DNA of 64,000 bases from Alphaproteobacteria bacterium (GCA_965232515.1 CBDDPY010000002.1:3040001-3104000); one strand, 5' to 3'. Positions 8,698 to 18,701 are shown, numbered from the stretch's first letter. The notes: a model not told the origin generated them from the letters alone. Numbers and translations are program-made.

Positions 8698-10490
8698 GGC
8701 TTTTCGTCCGGCGCCGCCGCGTCCAAGCCCGCCTGACGCAGGCCATCGAGAAAATAGAGGTCGTCGGCGGGGTTCTTGTAGAGCGGATGCAAGGCCCAGC
8801 GCCGCGCGAAGCCGGGATCGAGGCGCTCGCATTCCGCCAGCGCCGCCCGCGCCTCGTCGGCCCGGTCCAGATGCCCCAGCGCCGCGGCGTGCACCAGATG
8901 CGCCAGCGCATAGTCCGCCCGCCGCTGGATCGCCGTCTCGGCCCAGCGCGCCGCATCCTCGGGCGCCCGCGCGTTCAGATACGCGCGGGCCACCATGACG
9001 ATGGTGAAGTGGATGCGCGGGTTCTGCGGGTTCAGCTTCAGCGAGCGTTCCATATTGACGATGCCGTCGTCCGGCTGGCCGGCGAGGCTCTGCGCGATGC
9101 CGAGCGCCGAGAACGCCACCGCGTTCGAGGGATTGAGCCGCACCGCCTCCTCGCCGGCCGCGATCGCCTGGGTAAGCTGCCGGTCCCAGGTGAAGGCGAA
9201 GGCCAGCACGCAATGGGCCTCGGAATTCGCCGGATCCAACGTCACTGCCTGCCGCGACGCCGCCAGCATGTCCCCGATCGCCGCCGCCCGATCCTCGACC
9301 GATCGGAACAGCAGGTCTCGGTGATAGCTGGTGGCAAGGCCGACATAGCCCTCGGCATAGGCCGGGTCGAGCCCGATCGCCTGCGCGAACAGGTCCCGCG
9401 CCTCCCGGTTGCCGGCGGGCGTGAAAGCTTCCAGCAGTGCCCGTCCCTGCAGGCAATGCCGCCAGGCCGTCATGTCGGTCGGCCGCACCGGCGCCACCCG
9501 CGCGCGCTCGGCCCGCTCCACCTCGGGCGCGATCGTCGCCGCGATATGGTCGGTGATTTCGTCCTGCAGCGTGAAAACGTCGTCGGCCTCGCGGTCGAAC
9601 TTTTCCGCCCAGAGGTGATGGCCCGTCGCGGCGTCGATGAACTGGGCATTGACCCGGACCCGGCCGGCTCCGGTGCGGATGCTGCCTTCCAGCACGTAGC
9701 GGGCGCCGAGCTCGCGCGCCGCGACGCGCACGTCGGACGACTGGCCCTTGTAGGCAAAGGTCGAGTTGCGGGCGATCACCGGGAACGAGCGCCAGGCGGC
9801 CAATGCCGTGATGATGTCTTCTGTCAGGCCGTCGACGAAATAGTCGTCCGCCGGATTGCCGCCCATATTGTCGAACGGCAGCACGGCCACCGCCTGCCAG
9901 TCCTCGTCCGCGACCGCCGGTTCGACAGCCGTTTCGACCGCCGGGGCCGGGTTTACGGCCTCGTCGCCGTTCATGACGACCTGATAGGCGCGGATGGGCC
10001 GGCCGATATTCTTGAGCGTCACGTCGCCGAGATCGACGAACGAAAATTCAGGGCTGGCGGCGAGATTGCCGTGCACCATGTCCGAAATGCAGATCCCGCC
10101 CGGCGGCGCCAGCCCCTCCAGCCGCGCCGCGACGTTGACGCCGTCGCCGAGATAGTTGCCCCGGTCGACCACCACGTCGCTCAAATGCAATCCGAACCGC
10201 ATCAGCATCCGCCGGTCCTCGGGCACGTCGGCGTTGACGTCGGCCAGGAAGCGCTGCACGTCGACGGCGCAAGCAAGCGCGTCGAGGACGCTGCCGAATT
10301 CGAACACCACGCTGTCGCCGGCTGAGTTGAACAGCCGGCCATGGTGGTCTTCCGCCACGTCGACGATGTATTCGCGATAGGCCGTCCAGTTCTGAACCGC
10401 CAGTTCCTCGTTCAGCCCCATCAGCCGGCTATAGCCGACGACGTCGCCGGCCAGGATCGCGACCAGCTTGCGTCTCATCTCCCCCACCAT
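8694..10490 (-). CDS. Class III adenylate/guanylate cyclase domain + TolB-like N-terminal domain + TPR protein (paralog A)
   Basis: AILAGDVVGYS, AGDS, MRFGLH, GDGVNVAARLE, LKNI; AVLPFDN...YFVDGLTEDIIT.L...VIARNSTF.YKG; TPRs. Start uncertain (10478, 10490 or 10544). Confidence 0.9.
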   Translation of the reverse strand: MVGEMRRKLVAILAGDVVGYSRLMGLNEELAVQNWTAYREYIVDVAEDHHGRLFNSAGDSVVFEFGSVLDALACAVDVQRFLADVNADVPEDRRMLMRFGLHLSDVVVDRGNYLGDGVNVAARLEGLAPPGGICISDMVHGNLAASPEFSFVDLGDVTLKNIGRPIRAYQVVMNGDEAVNPAPAVETAVEPAVADEDWQAVAVLPFDNMGGNPADDYFVDGLTEDIITALAAWRSFPVIARNSTFAYKGQSSDVRVAARELGARYVLEGSIRTGAGRVRVNAQFIDAATGHHLWAEKFDREADDVFTLQDEITDHIAATIAPEVERAERARVAPVRPTDMTAWRHCLQGRALLEAFTPAGNREARDLFAQAIGLDPAYAEGYVGLATSYHRDLLFRSVEDRAAAIGDMLAASRQAVTLDPANSEAHCVLAFAFTWDRQLTQAIAAGEEAVRLNPSNAVAFSALGIAQSLAGQPDDGIVNMERSLKLNPQNPRIHFTIVMVARAYLNARAPEDAARWAETAIQRRADYALAHLVHAAALGHLDRADEARAALAECERLDPGFARRWALHPLYKNPADDLYFLDGLRQAGLDAAAPDEKP

Positions 10491-10556
10491 CCCCGTAAAG
10501 GCAGGCCGTTTCCGGCCCGCGCCGTTTAGTATGTCACGCCCCACGGTCCGGCACGA

Positions 10557-12347
10557 TCATCCGAGCTCGGCCGCGGCATCGAGCCCCGCCGCGCGCAGGC
10601 CGTCGAGGAAATAGAGGTCGTCGGCCGGGTTCTTGTACATCGGCCTGAGCGCCCAGCGCCGGGCGAAGCCGGGATCGAGGCGCTCGCATTCGTCGAGCGC
10701 AGCGCGGGCTTCGGCGCTGCGCCCGAGATGGCCGAGCGACGCGGCGCCCACGAGATGGCCCAGCGGATAGTCCGCGCGCCGCTGCACCGCGGCCTCCGAC
10801 CAGCGCGCCGCCGCCTCCGGCGCCCGCGCATTGAGGTGGGCGCGCGCCAGCATGGTGATGACGAAATGGATGCGCGGATCCTGTGGGTTCAGGCGCAGCG
10901 ACCGCTCCAGGTTGATGATCCCCTCCTGCGGTCGGCCGGCAAAGCTCTGCGCCATGCCGAGCTGGGCGTAGGCCAGCGCGTTGCTTGGGTTCAGATGCAC
11001 GGCCTCCTCGCCGGCGGCGATCGCCAGATGGAACTGCCGGTCCCAGATCAACCCGAAGCCGAGCACGCAATGGGCCTCGGCATTGGCCTGGTCCAGGCTG
11101 ACGGCCTGCCGCGCGGCTTTGAGCTGCGCCGCGATCGCCTGGCCGCGGTTGGGCGCTGTCTCGAACCAGATCTCGCGATGGTAGCTATAGGCGAGACCGG
11201 TGTAGCCGCCGCTGTAGCCCGGGTCGCGCGCAATCGCCTGCTCGAACATCGTCCGCGCCTCGGCGTTGTCGGCCGCCGTGAACGTTTCCATCAACGCCCG
11301 GCCCTTCAGGCAATAGCGCCAGGCCGTCATATCAGTCGGCCGCGCCCTGGTGACGCGGTCGCGTTCCGCCCGCTCGACCTCCGGCGCGATGGTGGCGGCG
11401 ATATGCTGGCCGATCTCGTCCTGCAGCGCGAAGACATCGTCGGCCTCGCGTTCGAACGTCTCTGCCCAGAGCAACCGCCCCCGCGCGGCGTCGACGAACT
11501 GAACGTTCACCCGCACTTGCTGGTCGACCATACGTACGCTGCCTTCCAGCACATAGCGCGCGCCCAGATCCCGCGCCACCGCCCGCACGTCGGGCGACTT
11601 GCCCTTGTAGGCGAAGGTCGAGTTCCGCGCGATCACCGGAAACGACCGCCAGGCCGCCAAGCCTGTAATAATGTCCTCGCTCAGGCCGTCGACGAAATAG
11701 TCGTCACGCGGGTCGTGGCCCAGATTGATGAACGGCAGCACGGCGACGCTCGCCTGTTCGCCGGCCTCGTCCGCCGGCGCCTGCTCCGACGTCAGCGCCG
11801 CGGACGCATGATCGGCGCCGTTAAGCTCGACCCGGTAGGCCCGCATCGGCGGCGCGCCGTCGTTCGGCTTGACCTCGCCCAGCGCGGCGAAGGCGAACTC
11901 GGGACTGGCCGCCACATTGCCGTAGACCATGTCCGACACGCAGATCCCGCCCGGCGCCGCCAGCGCCTCCAGCCCGGCCGCGACGGCGACCCCGTCGCCG
12001 CGATAGGCGCCGCGGTCGACGGCCACCTCGCTCAGATGCAATCCGAACCGCATTAGCATCCGCCGCTCCGGCGACACCGTCTCGTTTACGTCGCGCAGGA
12101 ACTGCTGCACGTCGACGGCGCAGCGCAGGGCGTCAAGCACGCTGCCGAACGCGAACACCATGCCGTTCCCGCCGCCATCGAACCGCCGCCCCTGATGGTC
12201 GTCCACGGCGTCGCCGACATATGCCCGGTAGGCCTTCCAGTTCTGCACCGCCAACTCTTCGTTCTCGGCCACCAGCCTGTCGTAACCGGCGACATCGCCG
12301 GCCAGGATCGCGACCAATTTGCGTTTCATCTCACTCACCCTTGCCAT
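10557..12347 (-). CDS. Degenerate class III cyclase domain + TolB-like + TPR protein (paralog B)
   Basis: Collinear with paralog A, but GGNG replaces AGDS and GDGVAVAAGLE replaces GDGVNVAARLE. Confidence 0.85.
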   Translation of the reverse strand: MARVSEMKRKLVAILAGDVAGYDRLVAENEELAVQNWKAYRAYVGDAVDDHQGRRFDGGGNGMVFAFGSVLDALRCAVDVQQFLRDVNETVSPERRMLMRFGLHLSEVAVDRGAYRGDGVAVAAGLEALAAPGGICVSDMVYGNVAASPEFAFAALGEVKPNDGAPPMRAYRVELNGADHASAALTSEQAPADEAGEQASVAVLPFINLGHDPRDDYFVDGLSEDIITGLAAWRSFPVIARNSTFAYKGKSPDVRAVARDLGARYVLEGSVRMVDQQVRVNVQFVDAARGRLLWAETFEREADDVFALQDEIGQHIAATIAPEVERAERDRVTRARPTDMTAWRYCLKGRALMETFTAADNAEARTMFEQAIARDPGYSGGYTGLAYSYHREIWFETAPNRGQAIAAQLKAARQAVSLDQANAEAHCVLGFGLIWDRQFHLAIAAGEEAVHLNPSNALAYAQLGMAQSFAGRPQEGIINLERSLRLNPQDPRIHFVITMLARAHLNARAPEAAARWSEAAVQRRADYPLGHLVGAASLGHLGRSAEARAALDECERLDPGFARRWALRPMYKNPADDLYFLDGLRAAGLDAAAELG

Positions 12348-12414
12348 CGCGCCGCCCTTCAAAGCGCCCCGCTCCGACGACAAATGTCATCGAGACCGCC
12401 CGCGAATACGAGCT

Positions 12415-12430
12415 TGTCACGGTGAGTCAC
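12415..12430 (-). promoter_or_regulatory. Candidate operator GTGACTCACCGTGACA upstream of paralog B
   Basis: 15/16 identical to 14348-14363; contains a GTGAC-N5-GTGAC direct repeat. Confidence 0.5.
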
Positions 12431-12496
12431 ATGGTCCTGGCAGGGACTCGGAGGATCTGATCGACAGGCGAAGATCAGCCTTGGCTTCGCATGCCG

Positions 12497-12585
12497 CTGG
12501 ATGCCTGGGTCGCGCCCGGGCATGACGAATTCCTTATTGGAATCAAAAGCTAACCGTCATTGCCGGGCTTGACCCGTCAATCCAG
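12497..12585. repeat. REP doublet (REPIN-like), family A copy 2
   Basis: CTGGATGCCTGGGTCGCGCCCGGGCATGAC ... GTCATTGCCGGGCTTGACCCGTCAATCCAG; same 89-bp span as copy 1. Confidence 0.8.
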
Positions 12586-12604
12586 AAAAAAGGCGTCAGC
12601 CGGC

Positions 12605-14272
12605 TCAATCGGGAACGCGCAGGCCCGCCTTCCGCAGGCCATCGACGACCTGACCGATCAGGTCCTCGGGCATGTTCCAGGCGGCGAGGAAGTCCCGGAC
12701 ATACGCGCCCATGTCGGGGACGAGTTCCAGCAGCTTGTCGCAGGCCGCGTGCCCTTCCCGTTCGCGTCCGAGCTGGCCGTAGCACATGGCCAGCAGCATG
12801 TAGGCCGCGAAAAACTGCGGCATCTGCAACTGCTTGGCTTCGGCCAATGCGGCTTCGTAGTCGCCTTGTCGGTAATGGTCGACGACGGCGGCCACGTGGA
12901 ACCAGCCGGGATGGGTCGGGCTTAAGGCGATCGCCTTGTCGGCGAGACCGACGCCACGCTCCCACTCGCCGCTGAAGGCCAGCATGATCCCGTAATCCGC
13001 CAGCATGTCGGCATGGTTCGGGTTCAATGCCACGGCGCGCTCGCCCGTCGCCCGGAAGTCGTCAAGCTCGCCGCGATGGAAGTGCGCGCTGAACAGATAG
13101 TGGTAGGCCATCGAGCTTTCCGGATCGAGCAGCACCGCCCGCTGCGCCGCTTCGAGCGCCCGGTCCAGCGGGTCGCCGTCGCGCCGGGGGTTGAAGCGGA
13201 ACCGCGCTTCGTCGAGATGCATCGCGGCCAGCGCCGCCCAGGCGCCGGCGTATCCCGGATCGAGCTCGACGGCCCGCTCGAGCGCCGCGCGCACCGACTC
13301 GTGCTGTGTGGTTTCGGCGTTGAACCAGTATTCGTAGAACCGAAGCACCGCGTCATAGGCGTCGAGGTGCTGCGAGGACTTGGCGCGGGCCAGCCGCGCG
13401 CCGGCGCGAGCGACGACGCCATAGGGCTGGCCGACGGCGGAAACGATACGGTCGGCGATATCGTCCTGGATCTCGAAGATGTTCTGCGCCGACAGGTCGC
13501 GGTCGTAGGTTTCAGAGAACAGGTGGGTCGCGCTGGCGGCGTCGATCAACTGACCGGTCACCCGGACCATGTCGCCCGCCTTGCGCACGCTGCCCTCCAG
13601 CACGTAGCCGACGCCCAGATCCCTGCCCACGTCGCGCACGTCGATGCGCTGGCCCTTGTACTTGAAGGTCGAGTGGCGCGAGATCACCCGCAGGTTCGGA
13701 AACCGGGTCAGGTCGCTGATGATCTCTTCGGTAACGCCGTCGGCGAAGAAGTCCTGGCCGGGATCGCCGCTAAGGTTCTCGAACGGCAGCACGGCGATCG
13801 CCGGCCCGGTCGGCAGCGCCAGCGCCACGTCGCCCGATGCGGCATCCAGCTCCGCTGCTGCTTCGGGCCGCGCGGGCGCGTCCGACTGTTCCGGCTGCGT
13901 CGCCCGGAACAAAGGCGCATAGGTGCCCTTCGGCAGATCGATCCGGACGCCGTCCGCCCGCCCATCGGTCAGGTAATAGCGCTCCAGCCGCCGGCGCAGG
14001 CGCCCGGCCTCGACCCGGACGATCGTATTGGTCTGCGGATCGAAGCTCTCGTCGCGCTCGAAGACCTCGGTGGCGATGGTGTATTCCTTCAGGCGGTCGC
14101 CACGCTCGGCCAGCGCCTCCTCCACGACAAACGACAGGAACGACTTCATCCGGTCGGACTGCGCGAAGTCGGCACTGCCGAGGATCCGTGCCAATTGTGC
14201 CCGCACGGCGGCATCCGACGGCGCCGCGCCGCCCGCCGACTGGCCCTGAGATGATGATTCGGAGACGGCCAC
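12605..14272 (-). CDS. Winged-helix-like + TolB-like + TPR protein (paralog C, no cyclase domain)
   Basis: N-terminal LKEYTIATEVF..FDPQ...VRVEAGRLRRRL...IDLPKGTY resembles an OmpR-type wHTH; IAVLPFENLS...FADGVTEEII; TPRs; GTG with GAGAGG RBS. Confidence 0.8.
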   Translation of the reverse strand: MAVSESSSQGQSAGGAAPSDAAVRAQLARILGSADFAQSDRMKSFLSFVVEEALAERGDRLKEYTIATEVFERDESFDPQTNTIVRVEAGRLRRRLERYYLTDGRADGVRIDLPKGTYAPLFRATQPEQSDAPARPEAAAELDAASGDVALALPTGPAIAVLPFENLSGDPGQDFFADGVTEEIISDLTRFPNLRVISRHSTFKYKGQRIDVRDVGRDLGVGYVLEGSVRKAGDMVRVTGQLIDAASATHLFSETYDRDLSAQNIFEIQDDIADRIVSAVGQPYGVVARAGARLARAKSSQHLDAYDAVLRFYEYWFNAETTQHESVRAALERAVELDPGYAGAWAALAAMHLDEARFRFNPRRDGDPLDRALEAAQRAVLLDPESSMAYHYLFSAHFHRGELDDFRATGERAVALNPNHADMLADYGIMLAFSGEWERGVGLADKAIALSPTHPGWFHVAAVVDHYRQGDYEAALAEAKQLQMPQFFAAYMLLAMCYGQLGREREGHAACDKLLELVPDMGAYVRDFLAAWNMPEDLIGQVVDGLRKAGLRVPD

Positions 14273-14343
14273 CGCTGCCTCTCATATTCTCTAAATGCGA
14301 GACCCCGCAACAGGTTAGCAGCCACCTCCCAGACTGTCGACGG

Positions 14344-14363
14344 CACCGTGACTCACGGTGACA
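14344..14363 (+). promoter_or_regulatory. Candidate operator CACCGTGA-C-TCACGGTG(ACA) in the divergent paralog C / RND intergenic region
   Basis: Perfect 8-1-8 palindrome at 14344-14360 overlapping the 16-mer also present at 12415-12430. Confidence 0.55.
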
Positions 14364-14450
14364 CACTGCTCTTCGCCCAGCCCCGGCCGCACATTGTCGA
14401 CCGTGCAAGGGCCGCGACCGGCCCGCAATCGAGGCGACGAGAGGCTGAAA

Positions 14451-15596
14451 ATGGGAACCGAAGCGAACGCAACATATCCACATCGGACGATGCGCCTGAC
14501 CGGCCTGGCTGGCGCGTTCGCCGTCCTGCTGGTCCTGCCCGCCTGCCAGGAGGCGGCGCAGGTCGACAAGAACGCCGTGCGGTCGATCAAGTGGACGACC
14601 CTGACGTCAGGCACCGCGGCGCAGGAACGCCGGATCGCCGGCATCGTCGAGCCGGTCGATGTGACTCAGCTCAGCTTCGAGATCCCCGGCCGCGTGCGGA
14701 GCTTGCGCGTCCGCCTGGGCGACCGGGTCAAGGCCGGCGACGTGCTGGCCGAGCTGGACCAGGAACCGTTCCGGCTGCATATCCATCACGCCGAGGCCGA
14801 GGTCGCCGCCGCGCATGCCGTCTACAAGGAAGAAGTCCAGAATCTGGAACGGCAGCGCATCCTTTTCGACAAGGGTTGGATCGCGCAAGCGCGGCTCGAC
14901 ACCGCGGTCGCCAGCCACGACGCGGCCGAGAGCCAGTTCGGCGCCCGCCGGGCGCAGCTCCGCCTGCGCCAGCGCGACCTGCGGCAATCGCTGATGCGGG
15001 CGCCGTTCGACGGCGTGATCTCGAAGAAGACCATCGAGGCCTTCGAGGAAGTGGCGGCCGGCCAGCCGGTGTTCGAGCTGAGCGGCGAGCGCAAGCTGAA
15101 AGTGACGCTGCGCGTGCCGCCGACGCTGATCAACCGCGTGCGCCAGGGCGAGGCGGTCGCCGTCGCGTTCCCCAGCGGCAAAGTCCCCGCCGCCACGGGC
15201 GTCGTCACCGAGATCGGCAGCCGGGCGGCCGAAGCCAACGCCTTTCCCGTGACCGTGACCTTGCGCCAGGCGCCCGACGGCTTGCGCGCCGGCATGTCGG
15301 CCGAGGTTACGTTCCGGTTCGCCGACACGGCCACGCGCGGCGACGGTCTGATGGTGCCGATGGCGGCGATCACCTCCGGCAACGGGCAGGCCAACCATGT
15401 CTTCCGCTTCGACAAGGCCAGCTCGACGGTCCGGCGCGTGCCTGTCGAGATCGAGAACCTGCACTACAACGACGTGCAGATCGCCGGCGACCTGAAGGCC
15501 GGCGACATCATCGCCATCGCCGGCGTCGACTTCCTGAGCGACGGCCAGCAGGTCCGCCTGATGACCAAAGAAATGCCCTATGGGGAGGGAGCCTGA
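14451..15596 (+). CDS. RND efflux periplasmic adaptor subunit
   Basis: Lipobox-like LPAC, LSFEIPGRV..L.V..GDRVKAGDVLAELD, RAPFDGVI; start 14451 or 14490. Confidence 0.9.
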   Translation: MGTEANATYPHRTMRLTGLAGAFAVLLVLPACQEAAQVDKNAVRSIKWTTLTSGTAAQERRIAGIVEPVDVTQLSFEIPGRVRSLRVRLGDRVKAGDVLAELDQEPFRLHIHHAEAEVAAAHAVYKEEVQNLERQRILFDKGWIAQARLDTAVASHDAAESQFGARRAQLRLRQRDLRQSLMRAPFDGVISKKTIEAFEEVAAGQPVFELSGERKLKVTLRVPPTLINRVRQGEAVAVAFPSGKVPAATGVVTEIGSRAAEANAFPVTVTLRQAPDGLRAGMSAEVTFRFADTATRGDGLMVPMAAITSGNGQANHVFRFDKASSTVRRVPVEIENLHYNDVQIAGDLKAGDIIAIAGVDFLSDGQQVRLMTKEMPYGEGA

Positions 15597-15599
15597 GCC

Positions 15600-18500
15600 A
15601 TGAACCTGACCGGATTCGCGCTTAACAACACCCGCCTGACGGCGCTTGTTGTGGCCATGTTGGCCATCGCCGGCGTGCTGCTGTTCCTGAACTACCCCAG
15701 CAAGGAGGACCCCGAGGTGACGGTGCGCGAGGCGGTGGTCGCCGCCTATTTCCCCGGCATGTCGCCGGAGCGCGTCGAAAACCTGATCACCCGCAAGCTG
15801 GAAAAGGAAATCCGCCGCATCCCCGAGGTCAAGAAGATCAAGTCCAGCTCGAAGACCGGCGTCTCGATCATCCACGTCGTCGTCTACGACCGCTTCTTCG
15901 AGATGGAACCGATCTGGCAGAACCTGCGCAACAAGATGGCCGAAGCCCGGCCGCAACTGCCGCGCGGCGCCATCGGTCCCTTCGTCAACAGCGACTTCGG
16001 CGACGTCAACGTCGCCACCGTCGCGCTCACCGCCAACGGCTTCTCGTTCGAGGAGATGCGCAAAGTCGCCCGCGACATCCGCGACGAGCTCTACGCCGTC
16101 GACGGCATCCGCCGGGTCGAGCTGCATGGCGTGCAGCGGGAACGGATCTACCTCGAAACCACGAATGCGCGGCTCGCCCGCTACGGTCTGTCGCCCGAGG
16201 AGCTGATCGCCACGCTGGAGGCGCAGAACATCATCCTGCCGGGCGGCCGCGTCGAAGTCGGCGGCTACGGCGTCGTCATCGAGCCGAGCGGCAATTTCGA
16301 TTCCATCGACGACATCCGCGACACCGTGATCACCATCCCGGCCACCGAGCAGGTCGCCTATCTGCGCGACGTGCTGAACGTGCGCCGGGCCTACGAGGAT
16401 CCGCCGCAGGCGCTCGCCTATTACAACGGCGAGCCGGCCATCGTGCTCGCCGTCTCGATGCAGAAGACGGGCGTCAACGTGCTCGACTTCGGGCCGCGCA
16501 TCAAAGAGAAGATCGCCGAGATCGAGGCCGAGCTGCCGGTCGGCTACGCCCTCGACTTCGCCACCTACCAGGCGGACTACGTCGCCGAGTCGGTCGAAGG
16601 CGTCACCCTCAACGTCTACGAGACGCTCGGCATCGTGCTGGCCATGGTCATGCTGTTCCTGGGCTGGCGCACCGGCCTTATCGTCGGCTCGATCGTGCCG
16701 CTGACCATGCTGGTCTCGCTGGTGCTGATGAGCGTGTTCGGCATCGAGCTGCAGCGCGTCAGCCTGGCGACCATGATCATCGCGCTCGGCCTGCTGGTCG
16801 ACAACGGCATCGTCATCGCCGAGGACATCGGCCGGCGCATGGCCGAAGGCGCCAGCCGCCGCGAGGCGGCGCTCGGCACCGGGCAACAGCTTTCGCTGCC
16901 GCTGTTGACCTCGTCGCTCACCACCATCCTCGCCTTCATGCCGCTGATGCTGGCGAGCGACAGCTCAGGCGAGTACATGCGCTCGATGTCGCTGGTCATC
17001 CTGATCGCGCTGATGACCTCGTGGCTGCTGGCCATGTGCTTCACGCCGCTGCTCTGCGTCTGGTTCATGGGCCAGCCCAAGCAGACGCCCGAACAGGTCA
17101 AGGCCGCCTTCGACGGCCGCGTCTACCGCATCTACAAGGCCTTCCTGCGGCTGCTGCTGAGGGCGCGCATCCCCTTCGTCGGCGCGGTCGCGGCCGGCCT
17201 CGTCGGCGGTTTCATCCTGCTGGGCCAGGTGCCGCAGCAGTTCTTCCCGGAATCCTCACGCAACCAGTTCTACATCTATCTCGACCTGCCGAACGGCGCC
17301 ACGACCAAGGCCACCGACGCGACCGTGCGCGACGTCGTCGAATGGCTCGGCGACGAGACCGTCAATCCCGAGGTCGTCGCCAACGTCGCCTATGTCGGCT
17401 ACGGCGGCCCGCGCTTCTTCGTGCCGCTGGCACCGCGTGACGAGGACCCGCATGTCGCCTTCGTGCTGGTCACCGTCACGGACGCCGCCGCCGTCGACGT
17501 GGTGCAGGAACGCGCCCGTAGCTATTTGGCCGAAACCCATCCCGAGGCGCTCGGCCGGCTGAAGAAGTTCTTCCTCGGCAACTCCGAGACGGGACTTTTG
17601 GAAGTGCGGGTGCGCGGCCGCGATCTCGACACCGTGGCGGCATTCGGCAAGGACGTCGAGGCGGCGCTCCGCGCCATACCCGGCGCCATCGACGTGCACA
17701 ACAACTGGGAGAACCGGACCACCAAGATCCAGGTCAAGATCGACCAGACCCGGGCGCGCCGGGCCGGTGTCACCTCAAAAGAAATTGCCCAGAGCCTGAA
17801 CGCCTTCTTCTCGGGCGGCACCGTCACGGCCTACCGCGAGGGCGACCAGGTGATCCCGATCGTGCTCCGGGCGGCCGACGCCGAGCGCACCAATCTCGAC
17901 CGGCTGCGCTCGATCGAGGTCTATTCGGAAAGCGGCGGCCATAGCGTCCTGCTGTCTGACGTCGCCGACTTCGTGCCGGTCAATCAGTACAGCCGCATTG
18001 AGCGCTATAATCTCAAGCGCACCGTCACCGTGCAGGCCAAGCACTCCTGGCTGCAGGCCATTGAGCTGGTGCAGGCGCTCGAGCCCGCGCTCGCCGAGAT
18101 CGAAGCCAAGTTGCCGGCCGGCTACAGCATCGAGATCGGCGGCGAGCCCGAGGACGCGGCAAAGGGCCAGGACGCGCTGTTCGAGTTCGTGCCGCACTGC
18201 CTGGCGCTGATCGTGCTGCTGCTGGTCTGGCAGTTCAACTCCTTCGCCAAGCCGGCGATCATCTTCATCACCATCCCGCTGTCCTTCGTCGGCGCCGCCA
18301 TCGGCCTGTTGGCGACGGGCGCGTTCATGGGCTTCATGGCGATGCTCGGCTTCCTCAGTCTCGCCGGCATCATCATCAACAACGCCATCGTGCTGCTCGA
18401 CCAGATCCAGGTCGAGATCGACGACGGGGCGACGCCCTACGACGCCGTCATCAACGCCTCGGTCAGCCGCTTCCAGCCGGTGATGATGACGACGCTCACC

Positions 18501-18701
18501 ACCATCCTCGGCCTGCTGCCGCTGATGCTGCCGCCGGATCCGCTGTTCTTCGCCATGGCGGTGGTGATCGCGGCCGGGCTGTCGGTCGGCACGATCCTGA
18601 CGCTCGCCACCGTGCCAGTGCTCTACACGCTGTTCCACGGCGTCAAGATCCCGCGCGGCGACAGCGCGGCGGCGAGCCCGGCGTTGGCCCCGGCCGAATA
18701 G
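15600..18701 (+). CDS. RND efflux permease (AcrB/AcrD/AcrF family)
   Basis: 1033 aa; GLLVDNGIVIAE, GIIINNAIVLLD, RFQPVMMTTLTTILGLLPL. Confidence 0.95.
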   Translation: MNLTGFALNNTRLTALVVAMLAIAGVLLFLNYPSKEDPEVTVREAVVAAYFPGMSPERVENLITRKLEKEIRRIPEVKKIKSSSKTGVSIIHVVVYDRFFEMEPIWQNLRNKMAEARPQLPRGAIGPFVNSDFGDVNVATVALTANGFSFEEMRKVARDIRDELYAVDGIRRVELHGVQRERIYLETTNARLARYGLSPEELIATLEAQNIILPGGRVEVGGYGVVIEPSGNFDSIDDIRDTVITIPATEQVAYLRDVLNVRRAYEDPPQALAYYNGEPAIVLAVSMQKTGVNVLDFGPRIKEKIAEIEAELPVGYALDFATYQADYVAESVEGVTLNVYETLGIVLAMVMLFLGWRTGLIVGSIVPLTMLVSLVLMSVFGIELQRVSLATMIIALGLLVDNGIVIAEDIGRRMAEGASRREAALGTGQQLSLPLLTSSLTTILAFMPLMLASDSSGEYMRSMSLVILIALMTSWLLAMCFTPLLCVWFMGQPKQTPEQVKAAFDGRVYRIYKAFLRLLLRARIPFVGAVAAGLVGGFILLGQVPQQFFPESSRNQFYIYLDLPNGATTKATDATVRDVVEWLGDETVNPEVVANVAYVGYGGPRFFVPLAPRDEDPHVAFVLVTVTDAAAVDVVQERARSYLAETHPEALGRLKKFFLGNSETGLLEVRVRGRDLDTVAAFGKDVEAALRAIPGAIDVHNNWENRTTKIQVKIDQTRARRAGVTSKEIAQSLNAFFSGGTVTAYREGDQVIPIVLRAADAERTNLDRLRSIEVYSESGGHSVLLSDVADFVPVNQYSRIERYNLKRTVTVQAKHSWLQAIELVQALEPALAEIEAKLPAGYSIEIGGEPEDAAKGQDALFEFVPHCLALIVLLLVWQFNSFAKPAIIFITIPLSFVGAAIGLLATGAFMGFMAMLGFLSLAGIIINNAIVLLDQIQVEIDDGATPYDAVINASVSRFQPVMMTTLTTILGLLPLMLPPDPLFFAMAVVIAAGLSVGTILTLATVPVLYTLFHGVKIPRGDSAAASPALAPAE

